Numbered from the stretch's first letter, positions 18,755 to 28,635 are shown. The stretch is DNA of 64,000 bases from Candidatus Omnitrophota bacterium (GCA_023819375.1 JAMWDI010000004.1:130190-194189), one strand, 5' to 3'. Numbers and translations are program-made. Notes: generated from the letters alone by a model not told the origin.

Positions 18755-19900
18755 ATGGCGAAAAGAATAGAAGAACTTCTGGAATTTGTGGTTAGAGAAA
18801 ATGCTTCAGACCTTCATTTAAATGTTGGTCTTCCACCTATGGCACGATTACATGGGGGTCTTCATAAACTTGATAGTGAACCTTTGACACCAGAAGATAC
18901 TGTAAACTATATGAAAGCAATAACATCAAGAGAACATCAGGAAGAGTTACAGAGAGTCGGAGGAACAGATTTTGGATTTGCCTTTAAAGATTTGGCAAGA
19001 TTTAGAGTAAGTGTTTTTAAAGAAAGAGGACATGTTGCTCTTGCTTTGAGATTGATTCCTTATAAATTTTTAACCTTCCAAGAAATAGGCCTTGATGAAA
19101 ATACAATGAAATATATATTAACAAGACCAAGAGGATTGATACTTGTCACAGGTCCAACAGGTTCAGGAAAAACAACAACTCTTGCAACAATGATTGATTG
19201 GATAAATACAAATCTTGACAAACATATAATAACGATAGAGGACCCAATAGAATATTATCATCCTCACAAAAGATCAATAATTAGTCAGAGAGAACTTGGA
19301 GTAGATGTTCCAACATTTGCAGAGGCATTAAGAAGAGGATTGAGACAGGATCCAGATGTATTTCTTGTTGGTGAAATGAGGGATCTTGAAACAATTGAAG
19401 CAGCAATAACAGCAGCAGAAACAGGTCATATTGTATTTGCTACATTACATACGACAGGTGCAGCAAGGACAGTTGATAGAATTGTTAATGTTTTTCCAGT
19501 TGCACAACAGGAACAAATACGTGTTATGCTTTCAGTTTCAATTTTAGCAATTATATCTCAAGTATTGTTAAAAAGAATAGATAAACCAGGAAGAGTTGCT
19601 GCTTTTGAAATAATGATTGCTACGCCCTCAATTCAGAATTTGATAAGGGAAAGGAAAACTTACAGGATCATTTCAGAAATACAGACAGGTGGAAAATGGG
19701 GAATGGTTACAATGGATTCCTTTTTAATGAAATTATTTAAGGAGGGGAAAATTGGTCTTGATGATGTTTTGACATACTCCTATGACCCAGAAAACGTGAA
19801 GGCACAACTTGTTGCAGAAGGTGTCCTTGGAGAAGAGGTTCTTGCTGAAAAAAGGAAAGAAGGAATAGAAGCAGAAATGGAAAGAGAAGGGGTAAAATAA
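18755..19900 (+). CDS. pilT: Twitching-motility retraction ATPase PilT with a C-terminal acidic extension
   Basis: LILVTGPTGSGKTTTLATMIDWIN. PilT signature IQNLIRE (consensus AIRNLIRE). About 345-aa core plus a 35-aa tail. Confidence 0.8.
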   Translation: MAKRIEELLEFVVRENASDLHLNVGLPPMARLHGGLHKLDSEPLTPEDTVNYMKAITSREHQEELQRVGGTDFGFAFKDLARFRVSVFKERGHVALALRLIPYKFLTFQEIGLDENTMKYILTRPRGLILVTGPTGSGKTTTLATMIDWINTNLDKHIITIEDPIEYYHPHKRSIISQRELGVDVPTFAEALRRGLRQDPDVFLVGEMRDLETIEAAITAAETGHIVFATLHTTGAARTVDRIVNVFPVAQQEQIRVMLSVSILAIISQVLLKRIDKPGRVAAFEIMIATPSIQNLIRERKTYRIISEIQTGGKWGMVTMDSFLMKLFKEGKIGLDDVLTYSYDPENVKAQLVAEGVLGEEVLAEKRKEGIEAEMEREGVK

Positions 19901-21618
19901 TGACTGCAAGAAAATTACTTGGGCAAATGTTAATAGAGGAAGGGCTTATAACAGAACAACAACTGAGAATTGCTTTAGAAAAACAGAGACAAACAGGTCA
20001 TTTCCTTGGCAGAATTCTTGTAGATCTTGGTTTTGTTTCAGAAAAAGATTTAAAAAGAGTGTTAAGTATTCAAGCAGGTGTTGAGATGATTGATTTGAAA
20101 AATACAGTTATTGACAGGAAAGCAATTGAAGTTTTTCCATCTGCTCTTGCAAAAACTTATAATGTAATGCCTGTAAAACTTGAAAAAGATACAATAACTC
20201 TTGCAGTTGGAGATACATTGAGTTTAAATATTCAAGATGATATTTCATTTATTCTTGGATATAAAATCAAAATGGTTCTTGCTGATGAAAATGATATTAA
20301 GGAAGCAATTGAAACACACTATGGAAAAGAAATAGAAACAATAGATGACCTTATAAAATGGCTTGCTCAAGATGTTGAAGAAATGGAAGAACTTGAAGCA
20401 ATAGCAAGCCAAGGAGAATATGCAACAATTACATCCCTTGAAGAAATTGCTTCTTTACCACCTGTAGTAAAATTATTTGATTTGATTTTGCTTCAAACTG
20501 TAAGAGATAATGCCTCTGACGTGCATCTTGAACCATTTGAGGATGATTTTAGAATAAGGTATAGAGTTGATGGTGTTTTATATGATCTTGTTCATCCACC
20601 AAAAGGACTTGCTTTTGCACTATTCTGTAGATTTAAAATTATGGCTGGAATGGATATAGCAGAAAGAAGATTACCACAAGATGGAAGAATTGAATTATCA
20701 GTTATGGGAAGAGCAGTTGACTTGCGTGTGAATACGGTTCCAACTGTTTTTGGTGAATGTCTTGCAATTCGTGTTCTTGATAGAGGAAAGACAATCTTTG
20801 AACTTGAAAATTTAGGTCTTTTACCAGAAGATATGGAAAAAATAGAGAAGATGATAAAAAAACCTCATGGAATAATTCTTGCAACAGGACCTACTGGATG
20901 TGGTAAAACAACAACTTTATATGCTATCTTAAGGAAATTAAATACACCAGATGTAAAAGTAATAACAACAGAGGACCCAGTTGAATACATGCTTGAGGGA
21001 GCAATACAGGTACCAATAAAAGAGCACATAGGACTTACTTTTGCAAGGTGTTTAAGAAGTATATTAAGACAGGACCCTGATATCATACTTGTTGGTGAAG
21101 TAAGGGATTTTGATACAGCACAGATGGCAATTCAGGCTTCATTGACAGGTCACATAGTTTTAAGTACACTTCACACAAATGATGCTCCAACTACAATTTA
21201 CCGACTTGTAGATATGAATGTTGAACCATTTTTACTTGCTTCTACAATTGAAGGAGTTATTGCACAACGACTTGTTAGAGTTTTGTGTCCAAGATGTAAA
21301 AAAGAATATAGACCAACAAAACAGGAATTAATGCAGGTTGGATTAACTCCTGAAAAAGCAGAAGGAATGAAATTTTATAAGGCAGTTGGTTGTCCTTTCT
21401 GTAGAGGCGGATATAAAGGAAGAACAGGTATTTTTGAAATTTTGACTCCAAATGAAAAATTCTGGCAGGCAATATATGAAAGAAGACCACTTGGAGAAAT
21501 AAGAGAAATTGCTGTAAGGGAATGTGGAATGAAAACATTGCTTGAAGATGGACTTAAAAAGATAGATATGGGTATAACAACTATAGAGGAAGTAGCAAGA
21601 GAAGTTCATGGTTATTAA
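19900..21618 (+). CDS. MshE-type PilB/GspE-family ATPase with a canonical N-terminal MshEN (c-di-GMP-binding) motif pair
   Basis: LLGQMLIEEGLITEQQLRIALEKQ and FLGRILVDLGFVSEKDLKRVLSIQ match the tandem MshEN 24-mer RLGxxLLxxGLLxxxxLxxxLxxQ. Walker A ATGPTGCGKTTTLYAIL. CPRCKK...CPFCRG. Confidence 0.75.
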   Translation: MTARKLLGQMLIEEGLITEQQLRIALEKQRQTGHFLGRILVDLGFVSEKDLKRVLSIQAGVEMIDLKNTVIDRKAIEVFPSALAKTYNVMPVKLEKDTITLAVGDTLSLNIQDDISFILGYKIKMVLADENDIKEAIETHYGKEIETIDDLIKWLAQDVEEMEELEAIASQGEYATITSLEEIASLPPVVKLFDLILLQTVRDNASDVHLEPFEDDFRIRYRVDGVLYDLVHPPKGLAFALFCRFKIMAGMDIAERRLPQDGRIELSVMGRAVDLRVNTVPTVFGECLAIRVLDRGKTIFELENLGLLPEDMEKIEKMIKKPHGIILATGPTGCGKTTTLYAILRKLNTPDVKVITTEDPVEYMLEGAIQVPIKEHIGLTFARCLRSILRQDPDIILVGEVRDFDTAQMAIQASLTGHIVLSTLHTNDAPTTIYRLVDMNVEPFLLASTIEGVIAQRLVRVLCPRCKKEYRPTKQELMQVGLTPEKAEGMKFYKAVGCPFCRGGYKGRTGIFEILTPNEKFWQAIYERRPLGEIREIAVRECGMKTLLEDGLKKIDMGITTIEEVAREVHGY

Positions 21619-21642
21619 TTTATAAAAAATTAAGGGGGTAAA

Positions 21643-22962
21643 ATGGCTCTCTTTCAATATAATGCAATAGATAGTTCTGGAAAGCCATTAAGTGGAACAA
21701 TAGATGCTTCAGGAGTTAGTGATGCTATAGCGAAATTGAAAAGTATGGGTTATTTTGTTACAAGTGTTACTCCAGCAAAGGGTACACCTACTAAGACAAC
21801 TGAAAAAGGAAAGACTACACAAACCAAGACAACAAAAAAAAGTAGTGCAAAAGGGCTTTCAATTTCCATATCCCTTCCCTTTCTCGGAAATAAAATAAAA
21901 CCAAAAGAGTTAATGATAATAACAAGACAGTTGGCAACATTAATTGGTGCAGGCCTTCCTCTTTTAAGATCATTGAGAGTTTTAAAAGAACAGAGAAGAG
22001 GAGCAGCAAGTAATATTCTTGGTAAAATAGCAGATGACATTGAACAAGGAGCATTATTTTCAGAAGCATTAAGTAAGCATCCCAGCAGTTTTCCAAGAAT
22101 ATATGTTGCTATGGTCAAAGCAGGTGAAGCAGGTGGTGCTCTTGAAATTGTTTTATCAAGACTTGCAGATTTTATGGAAAAAGAAGCAAAATTAAGAGGA
22201 AAAATAAAATCAGCAATGGCATATCCAACAGTTGTTCTTATAGTTACAATTGGTATGTTAACTTTTATTATGTTAAAAATAGTTCCTACATTTATTCAAA
22301 TATTTCAGGATATGGAAGTTGGAGACCTACCAGCACCTACAAAACTTGTTATTGCAATATCTAAACTACTTGCTCAGAAGTCACCATTTGTAGTAATGGG
22401 AATTTTTGCTCTCTTCATTTTTTATAGAATACTGTTAAAAATCAAATTTACAAGATACTGGATTGATATGCTTAAATTGAGGATTTTTCTTTTTGGACCA
22501 ATAATTTCAAAAACAATAATTGCAAGATTCGCAAGGACATTTGCTACATTGATTTCAAGTGGTGTTCCAATTTTACAATCTTTACAGATTGTTAGAGATA
22601 CTGTTGGAAATGAAGTAATAGCAAATGGAATAAATGAAATAAGAAACAGGGTAAGAGAAGGAGAAGGGATTGCCGGTCCAATGTTAAGAACAAAAGTATT
22701 TCCACCTATGGTAACAAACATGGTTGCAGTTGGAGAGGAAACAGGACAGATGGATGCGATGCTTGATAAAATTGCTGATGCTTATGAAGCAGAAGTAGAT
22801 TCAGCAGTTGCAGCACTTGCTTCAATGATAGAACCAATAATGATTGTATTTCTTGGTGGAGTTGTAGGATTTATTGTTATTTCTCTTTACATGCCATTAA
22901 TAAAAATTGCTATGAGTTTATCAGGAGCAACCGGAGGAGGTGGTGAAGGTGGTGGTGAGTAA
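21643..22962 (+). CDS. pilC: Type IV pilus / T2SS inner-membrane platform protein PilC/GspF
   Basis: N-terminus [39 protein letters not shown]. Two GspF repeats and three TM segments. It has an unusual Thr/Lys-rich insert and a Gly-rich C-terminal tail. Confidence 0.75.
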   Translation: MALFQYNAIDSSGKPLSGTIDASGVSDAIAKLKSMGYFVTSVTPAKGTPTKTTEKGKTTQTKTTKKSSAKGLSISISLPFLGNKIKPKELMIITRQLATLIGAGLPLLRSLRVLKEQRRGAASNILGKIADDIEQGALFSEALSKHPSSFPRIYVAMVKAGEAGGALEIVLSRLADFMEKEAKLRGKIKSAMAYPTVVLIVTIGMLTFIMLKIVPTFIQIFQDMEVGDLPAPTKLVIAISKLLAQKSPFVVMGIFALFIFYRILLKIKFTRYWIDMLKLRIFLFGPIISKTIIARFARTFATLISSGVPILQSLQIVRDTVGNEVIANGINEIRNRVREGEGIAGPMLRTKVFPPMVTNMVAVGEETGQMDAMLDKIADAYEAEVDSAVAALASMIEPIMIVFLGGVVGFIVISLYMPLIKIAMSLSGATGGGGEGGGE

Positions 22963-22976
22963 AAAAGGAGAAAATA

Positions 22977-23720
22977 ATGAGAAAAAAAACAGGTTTTACT
23001 TTAATGGAAGTTCTTATAGTGATTGCCATCATTTCATTTCTTGTTGGTTTACTCCTGCCTGCTTTATCCTCTGCAAGAGAAAGAGCAAGAAGAACGACCT
23101 GTGTGAATAATTTGAAACAATTAAGTGCTGCCTTTGAAATGTACGCTGAAGACCATTTTGAAAAATTTCCAGATGGAGAGACTGCTTTATATATAGGTAC
23201 AATAAATTCTTCTTTTAAATCAATTTATCCATTTTATATCAATACTGCTCAAACCTTTTATTGTCCAAGTTCAAGAGTTAGAGGATTGTTGCCACCAGAA
23301 AGTATTGGAGAAAAGTCTAATTTGCTTCCTTTAAATGATGGTGATCCTAAACCTGGTTATAGTTGGAAAGATTATAGAAATGAATGGTATGCTTCCTATT
23401 CTTTTGTTTTTGGTTTAAGCACTGGAAATAAATCAACAAAACCAGTTCCTATGATAAGTGATAGAGGAATTTATAATACAAGAGATTTATCAGGTTATCC
23501 AAATCTTTCTGGTTGCAATCCTAAAACTGGAAATCATGAATGGGGAATAAATGTTTTATATATTGATGGATCTGTTAACTGGATAAATCTAAAAGATATT
23601 ATATTTTCCTTGGATGCTGATGATGGAAGCCCTCGTATGGGAAATGTTGCTGCAAGACCAAATGGATATTCAGTTGTTCTCAATGAAGATGCAGAAAAAA
23701 CAGAATGGGGAGAGGATTGA
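22977..23720 (+). CDS. Prepilin-type N-terminal cleavage/methylation protein with H-x9-DG (DUF1559-type) C-terminus
   Basis: [39 protein letters not shown] ... [25 protein letters not shown] is 8 nt upstream. Confidence 0.75.
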   Translation: MRKKTGFTLMEVLIVIAIISFLVGLLLPALSSARERARRTTCVNNLKQLSAAFEMYAEDHFEKFPDGETALYIGTINSSFKSIYPFYINTAQTFYCPSSRVRGLLPPESIGEKSNLLPLNDGDPKPGYSWKDYRNEWYASYSFVFGLSTGNKSTKPVPMISDRGIYNTRDLSGYPNLSGCNPKTGNHEWGINVLYIDGSVNWINLKDIIFSLDADDGSPRMGNVAARPNGYSVVLNEDAEKTEWGED

Positions 23721-23744
23721 TATTTTTATTTAAAGGAGGACAAA

Positions 23745-24425
23745 ATGAGAAAAAAAGGTTTTACGCTTGTAGAGATGCTTGTTGTTATTGCGATAATTGC
23801 TGTTCTTGCTTCACTTTTGTTTCCTGCTTTAAGTTCTGCAAGAGAAAAAGCGAGGAGAGCAACCTGTATGAATAATTTAAAACAGATAGGTCAGATTATT
23901 ATCATGTATGCTGATGATAATTATGAAACATTTCCTTATTCTGGTGAAAATTGTGATACTATAAGAGATGCAGAAATTGGGGATGAATTTAAAACATCCA
24001 TTGAAATTTATTTTGATAATTACCAGTTCTTTTACTGTCCGTCTAATAAAGCAAGATATTCAAGGTATAAGGAAAACTGGAATAGTGGTTTAATTGGTTA
24101 TACATATCTTGCCAATATTGACAAAAATTATGTTGATGATAACTATGAGTATTTAATACCTGAAACTTCTGCGAATAAAAGCATTAATAGATTGATTTTA
24201 ATGAGTGATAGGATTATTTATAATAAAAATCAAAACAGATGGGTAGAAGCAAATCATCCATCAGCAATCCAAAATCCAGAAAGTGAACCTCAAAAAGGAA
24301 AATTTTCTGCAGGTGGCAATTTTCTTTATGGAGATAGTAGTGTAAGATGGGTATCAGAGTTACAATTAGACACTGAAATTGTAAGTAGTTCTGGTTATTC
24401 TCAGAGATTAAAATTAAGTGAATAA
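23745..24425 (+). CDS. Prepilin-type pseudopilin-like protein (DUF1559-like with a degenerate C-terminal motif)
   Basis: [38 protein letters not shown] ... [23 protein letters not shown]. Confidence 0.7.
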   Translation: MRKKGFTLVEMLVVIAIIAVLASLLFPALSSAREKARRATCMNNLKQIGQIIIMYADDNYETFPYSGENCDTIRDAEIGDEFKTSIEIYFDNYQFFYCPSNKARYSRYKENWNSGLIGYTYLANIDKNYVDDNYEYLIPETSANKSINRLILMSDRIIYNKNQNRWVEANHPSAIQNPESEPQKGKFSAGGNFLYGDSSVRWVSELQLDTEIVSSSGYSQRLKLSE

Positions 24426-24439
24426 AAAAGGAGAAAAAA

Positions 24440-25081
24440 ATGAGAAAAAAAGGATTTACAACAATTGAATTACTCGTTGTTATGGTTATTATTGCTTTTC
24501 TTGCAGGTCTTTTATTACCAGCGATAAGAAAATCAAGAAGCAAAGCATTAATAGATAAAGCAAAAGCAGAAATGGCAAATTTAGCAAGTATAATGACAAT
24601 GGTAAAAATGGATACTGGTTATTATGTAGAATTAAGATCTCTTGCATGTCCTATAATAGATGAAGATAACGAAGGAATATATATTGATTTATCAAGTAAT
24701 GATTGTGCTACTAATTCAGAAACAGTTTTTGCTTATTATAATAGAACAACTGGAAAGGACGATACTAGTTTTGAATCTCAATTAAGTAAATATGAAACAC
24801 CAAACTGGGATGGACCTTATATCACTTATCAACCAAATGCAACATATCAAGGAGGTAATGGTTCTGTTCCTGTTGTTGCTGCTTCTGGATGGGCAACTCC
24901 TTTGGAAAAAAAAGTTCCCTATGGTACTCCTCTTGACCCTTGGGGACATACATATCTTATTGCTTATAATGATACAGAAAAAGTTATGATAATTTATTCA
25001 GCAGGACCAAATGGAAAGATAGAGACTCCTGCCGGTGAAACAGAGCCTCGTGGGGATGACCTACTCTACAAATTTCGCTAA
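24440..25081 (+). CDS. GspG/PulG-like major pseudopilin
   Basis: MRKKGFTTIELLVVMVIIAFLAGLLLPA ... KAKAEMANLASIMTMVKMDTGYY ... DPWGHTYLIAY...IYSAGPNGK parallels E. coli GspG (..ALDMYKLDN..DPWGSDYQLL..FSLGPDG). Confidence 0.6.
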   Translation: MRKKGFTTIELLVVMVIIAFLAGLLLPAIRKSRSKALIDKAKAEMANLASIMTMVKMDTGYYVELRSLACPIIDEDNEGIYIDLSSNDCATNSETVFAYYNRTTGKDDTSFESQLSKYETPNWDGPYITYQPNATYQGGNGSVPVVAASGWATPLEKKVPYGTPLDPWGHTYLIAYNDTEKVMIIYSAGPNGKIETPAGETEPRGDDLLYKFR

Positions 25082-25116
25082 TTATTAAATTTTCTAAAAC
25101 TTCTTTTATTCATTTT

Positions 25117-25335
25117 TTATCTGATTAAAATTTTTCTCACTGTTTTCTTTGTCTTTTCATATGTCTGAATTATAAACTTCTTTGCCATTATCTTATCTGC
25201 CATTAACAATTCTCTATAACTGGATAATATATTTCTAAATTCTTCATTCTTTTCTAAAAATCTCTTCTGTAATCTTTTTGCCTCTCTTTTACTCTGTGAA
25301 ATAAATGCCTCTCTTAGCCATATATTACTTCTCAT
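25117..25335 (-). CDS. Small basic hypothetical protein (72 aa). Weak call.
   Basis: ORF only. No SD. It sits antisense between two same-strand pilin genes. Confidence 0.2.
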   Translation of the reverse strand: MRSNIWLREAFISQSKREAKRLQKRFLEKNEEFRNILSSYRELLMADKIMAKKFIIQTYEKTKKTVRKILIR

Positions 25336-25371
25336 ATCTTATCTACCTTGTCTACCTAAAAAGATTTTTTA

Positions 25372-25400
25372 TTGACAAAATAAATAATTATAGATAAAAT
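25372..25400 (+). promoter_or_regulatory. Candidate sigma70-like promoter: TTGACA, 17 nt, TAAAAT, followed by SD AAAGGAGG
   Basis: TTGACA at 25372-25377. TAAAAT at 25395-25400. SD at 25413-25420. ATG at 25429. Confidence 0.45.
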
Positions 25401-25419
25401 ATATATAAAATGAAAGGAG

Positions 25420-25497
25420 GTGAGAAAGATGAAAAGAGGTTTTACTTTAATAGAACTTCTTGTTGTAGTGGCAATAATTGCGATTCTGGCTGCTATG
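25420..25497 (+). repeat. 5' segment of the pilin gene that is nucleotide-identical to 26194-26271. At least 69 nt are identical from the ATG.
   Basis: By direct comparison, atgaaaagaggttttactttaatagaacttcttgttgtagtggcaataattgcgattctggctgctatg occurs in both genes. The sequences diverge after that. Confidence 0.8.
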
Positions 25498-26175
25498 CTT
25501 TTACCGGTTTTGGGAAGGGCAAGAGAAAGGGCAAGAACATCTTTATGTATGAATAATTTAAAACAAATTGCACTTGCGATTTTAGTTTATACCAATGATT
25601 ATGATGGTTATTTTCCTTCAAATTATACTTGCAGACAGGGTTGGGGTGGTTGGCCTGGTCCAGAAGCAGGATTAAACGCAAGATTTCCTGTTTGGAGTCA
25701 TATATTATGGAGGGATGGATATATAAAAGATAAGAAAATTTTTGCCTGTCCAAGTTATAGAGAAAAAAAGGGTGTGCCAAATGAATGGTTAAATGGGAAA
25801 TATGTTGGAGCAAGGGATTATGGTATGAATGGTTTCTTAAATGATTTATATATAGGTGGAAGAATACTTAAAATAGATAGGATTAAATCTCCTTCTTTTA
25901 TGTTTATGATTTTAGAAGGATTTAGAGAAGATATAACAGATAGATATGCAGCGGGTATTTATGCTTATCTTAATGATGCGGCAATAAGATATTTTAGAGC
26001 AAGTGCACATCTTGAAACAAGAAATGTCTGGGGTTCTTATCTTTATGGAAAAGGTGGAACAAATGTTGCTTTTTGTGATGGACATGTAGAATATATAACT
26101 GATTCAACAATGAGAGGAACTATGTTTGGAACTAAAAATTACTATTTATACTGGGATGCCAGAGTAACTTACTAA
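25429..26175 (+). CDS. Prepilin-type DUF1559 (H-x9-DG) protein
   Basis: [36 protein letters not shown] ... [11 protein letters not shown] chose ATG 25429, which has a good SD, over the track's GTG at 25420. Confidence 0.75.
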   Translation: MKRGFTLIELLVVVAIIAILAAMLLPVLGRARERARTSLCMNNLKQIALAILVYTNDYDGYFPSNYTCRQGWGGWPGPEAGLNARFPVWSHILWRDGYIKDKKIFACPSYREKKGVPNEWLNGKYVGARDYGMNGFLNDLYIGGRILKIDRIKSPSFMFMILEGFREDITDRYAAGIYAYLNDAAIRYFRASAHLETRNVWGSYLYGKGGTNVAFCDGHVEYITDSTMRGTMFGTKNYYLYWDARVTY

Positions 26176-26202
26176 TTTTAAATTATATAAAAAGAGAGAA
26201 AG

Positions 26203-26940
26203 ATGAAAAGAGGTTTTACTTTAATAGAACTTCTTGTTGTAGTGGCAATAATTGCGATTCTGGCTGCTATGTTGTTGCCAGCATTATCAAAAGCGAGGGA
26301 AAGGGCAAGACAGGTAAGTTGTATGAATAATATGAAACAACTTGGATTTGCTGTTTTAATGTATGTAAATGATTATAATGAATTTACTCCTCCGAGAGGA
26401 TATAAATGGGGGACTTCATATCTTTACTTCCCTAAACTTCTTACTTTATGTGGATATATAAAAGTTCCTTTAAAAGATTTTGATAGTCGCGGATTTACAG
26501 ATAAAGGAGTTTTTAAATGTCCAAGTGCAATAATTCCTTACCCTGGATATAAATTTGGAGGCATAGGAATAGTTATAGGGGTAGATACTGGTGGTCATTA
26601 TATGCCTGGAGGTAATTTGTGGACTATGTGGTGGGATGATCACTGGCAGTTCCGTCCTCCTGCAAAATATGGGAAGATTAAACATCCTGACAAAAAAGCA
26701 ATGCTTGGTGATTCTGAAGAAAGAGGAATGAATGCAGCATACATTCAATGTCCTATATGCTATTCAAATCTTGGATCTCCATGGCCTGAGATTGGTCAAA
26801 CACAAATTATTGGATATCTTCCTTATAGACGACATTTAGGTGGTGGTAATGTATGTTTCTGGGATGGCCATGTTGAATGGGTGAGATATCAAGATGCGAA
26901 AGCAAATAAAAACGATATATGGGGTCATTATGAATGGTAA
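26203..26940 (+). CDS. Prepilin-type DUF1559 (H-x9-DG) protein
   Basis: [36 protein letters not shown] ... [17 protein letters not shown]. Confidence 0.75.
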   Translation: MKRGFTLIELLVVVAIIAILAAMLLPALSKARERARQVSCMNNMKQLGFAVLMYVNDYNEFTPPRGYKWGTSYLYFPKLLTLCGYIKVPLKDFDSRGFTDKGVFKCPSAIIPYPGYKFGGIGIVIGVDTGGHYMPGGNLWTMWWDDHWQFRPPAKYGKIKHPDKKAMLGDSEERGMNAAYIQCPICYSNLGSPWPEIGQTQIIGYLPYRRHLGGGNVCFWDGHVEWVRYQDAKANKNDIWGHYEW

Positions 26941-26964
26941 TTATTAAGTGGAAAAAAGGAGTTA

Positions 26965-28635
26965 GTGATGAAAGTTTGTAAAAGTTTGATATTTTTTTTA
27001 ATTTCTTCTTTTATTTTTTGTGAAATAATAAATATTAAAGAAATTGGAGTAAAAGGAGATGGGACAGATGAAACAGAAATGGTTCAGAAAATTTTTAATG
27101 AAGTAAAAGATGGAACAGGTATATATTTTCCTGCAGGTAAATATTGTATAAGAGCAGTAAAAATAGAAGACAAAAAAGGGCTAAAAATTTTTGGAGACGG
27201 AAGCCAATCACAGATAATTTGTGCCAAAAAAGAAGAACCAAATACTCATATTTTTGATTTTATTGATTGTGATGATCTTACAATTGAAAATTTAACTTTT
27301 GATACATCTGGAGTAGAAAAATTTGGAGGGATAGGGATTTATGGTGGAGATAGAATTAGAATTATAAATAATAGATTTACAGACCCTTTACTTATAGAAT
27401 CTCTTGCAGAAAAAGGACCAATGACAGATAGATATGCTCTTTTAGCAATTGGCTGTAGAAACTTTTATTTTATAGGAAATATAGTTGAAAATTTACAAGT
27501 AGAATTTAACCATATAAAGAGTGGATTTTTTCTTAACAACAAAATTTATAATCCAATACATATGGGATTTGTTACAGCAACTACAACAAGAGGGGCATAT
27601 TTAGAAGATGTAATAATATCAAACAATATAATTGAAAATCCTTTGGGATATGCAATTGGAGCAGGTTATGATCCTTCATATGAAAATATAAAAATTAAAA
27701 ATATTATAATATCAAATAATATAATCAAATGTAGACCAAGAATAACAACAGATAATTTTGGAATTTTTTTAGGTACAAGACCTGGTATTAAATTGCGTGC
27801 TAAAAATTGTTTTTGGCAGAATATTCAGATTGTAAATAATCTTATAATTTACTACCCTTTAAATAATCTAAATTCTGAATTTGGGGGAATTATGCTTTCT
27901 CAACCTGAGGGAACAGATATTTATTTTGAGAATGTTGTTATTAAAGGAAATCAGATTCTTTTTAATGGGAAAGTTGATCATAAATCTAAAGTTGTATACA
28001 AATATTCCGATGGAAGACTGGTAGCAGAATATCCTTTTTGGAGAGAAGGATTTTGTGGAATATATGGATATAAAATAAAAAATTCATTGATAGAAGGGAA
28101 TTTCATAAGAGGGTTTCCTATAGGTATACATCTAAAGAATATTGAAAATTTGACTATTTACAATAATGTTGCTTTAAATCAAACAGAATTTGGATATATA
28201 ATTGAAATTTCAAATGGTAATAATATTTTTAAAGAAAATATATTTATAGGAGATATTAAGGATCCGATCAAAGTCAAGGATATTAAAGAAACAGATACAA
28301 TTGCTCAGTCTATCGTTAAGAATACTAAAATAGACAATATGTTTGATTATTTATTGCCATGGCCTTTATTTGAAGAAAAGAAAGAATTTCAAGAAGGGAT
28401 GATCGGAGAAATAGAGATGATTGGAGAAATAATAGATTTTTTACCTTCTGCTGATTGTATTATATTTAAAAGAGAAGATGGTCAGATTATGAATTTAAGA
28501 ATATCTCCGTGGAAAAGAAAATATGCTGCAAGAAAGGGGATAAAGAAATGTAAAATAATTTGTGAGAAAATACTTCCTTCTGAAGAAATCAGGATTAAAA
28601 AGATTGAAAGTTTAAACGGTGAAATTGTTAAGTGA
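26965..28635 (+). CDS. Secreted right-handed parallel beta-helix (pectate-lyase-superfamily) protein
   Basis: Signal peptide MMKVCKSLIFFLISSFIFC. GVKGDGTDETEMVQKIFNEV..GTGIYFPAGKY is a Pectate_lyase_3-like start. Repeated NN.I.N turns. Confidence 0.6.
   Translation: MMKVCKSLIFFLISSFIFCEIINIKEIGVKGDGTDETEMVQKIFNEVKDGTGIYFPAGKYCIRAVKIEDKKGLKIFGDGSQSQIICAKKEEPNTHIFDFIDCDDLTIENLTFDTSGVEKFGGIGIYGGDRIRIINNRFTDPLLIESLAEKGPMTDRYALLAIGCRNFYFIGNIVENLQVEFNHIKSGFFLNNKIYNPIHMGFVTATTTRGAYLEDVIISNNIIENPLGYAIGAGYDPSYENIKIKNIIISNNIIKCRPRITTDNFGIFLGTRPGIKLRAKNCFWQNIQIVNNLIIYYPLNNLNSEFGGIMLSQPEGTDIYFENVVIKGNQILFNGKVDHKSKVVYKYSDGRLVAEYPFWREGFCGIYGYKIKNSLIEGNFIRGFPIGIHLKNIENLTIYNNVALNQTEFGYIIEISNGNNIFKENIFIGDIKDPIKVKDIKETDTIAQSIVKNTKIDNMFDYLLPWPLFEEKKEFQEGMIGEIEMIGEIIDFLPSADCIIFKREDGQIMNLRISPWKRKYAARKGIKKCKIICEKILPSEEIRIKKIESLNGEIVK

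Noticed and set aside
25420-25428. GTG start giving MRKMKRGF for the pilin gene
   Set aside because: GTG overlaps the SD AAAGGAGG. ATG 25429 has ideal 8-nt spacing and yields the canonical [11 protein letters not shown] class III signal.
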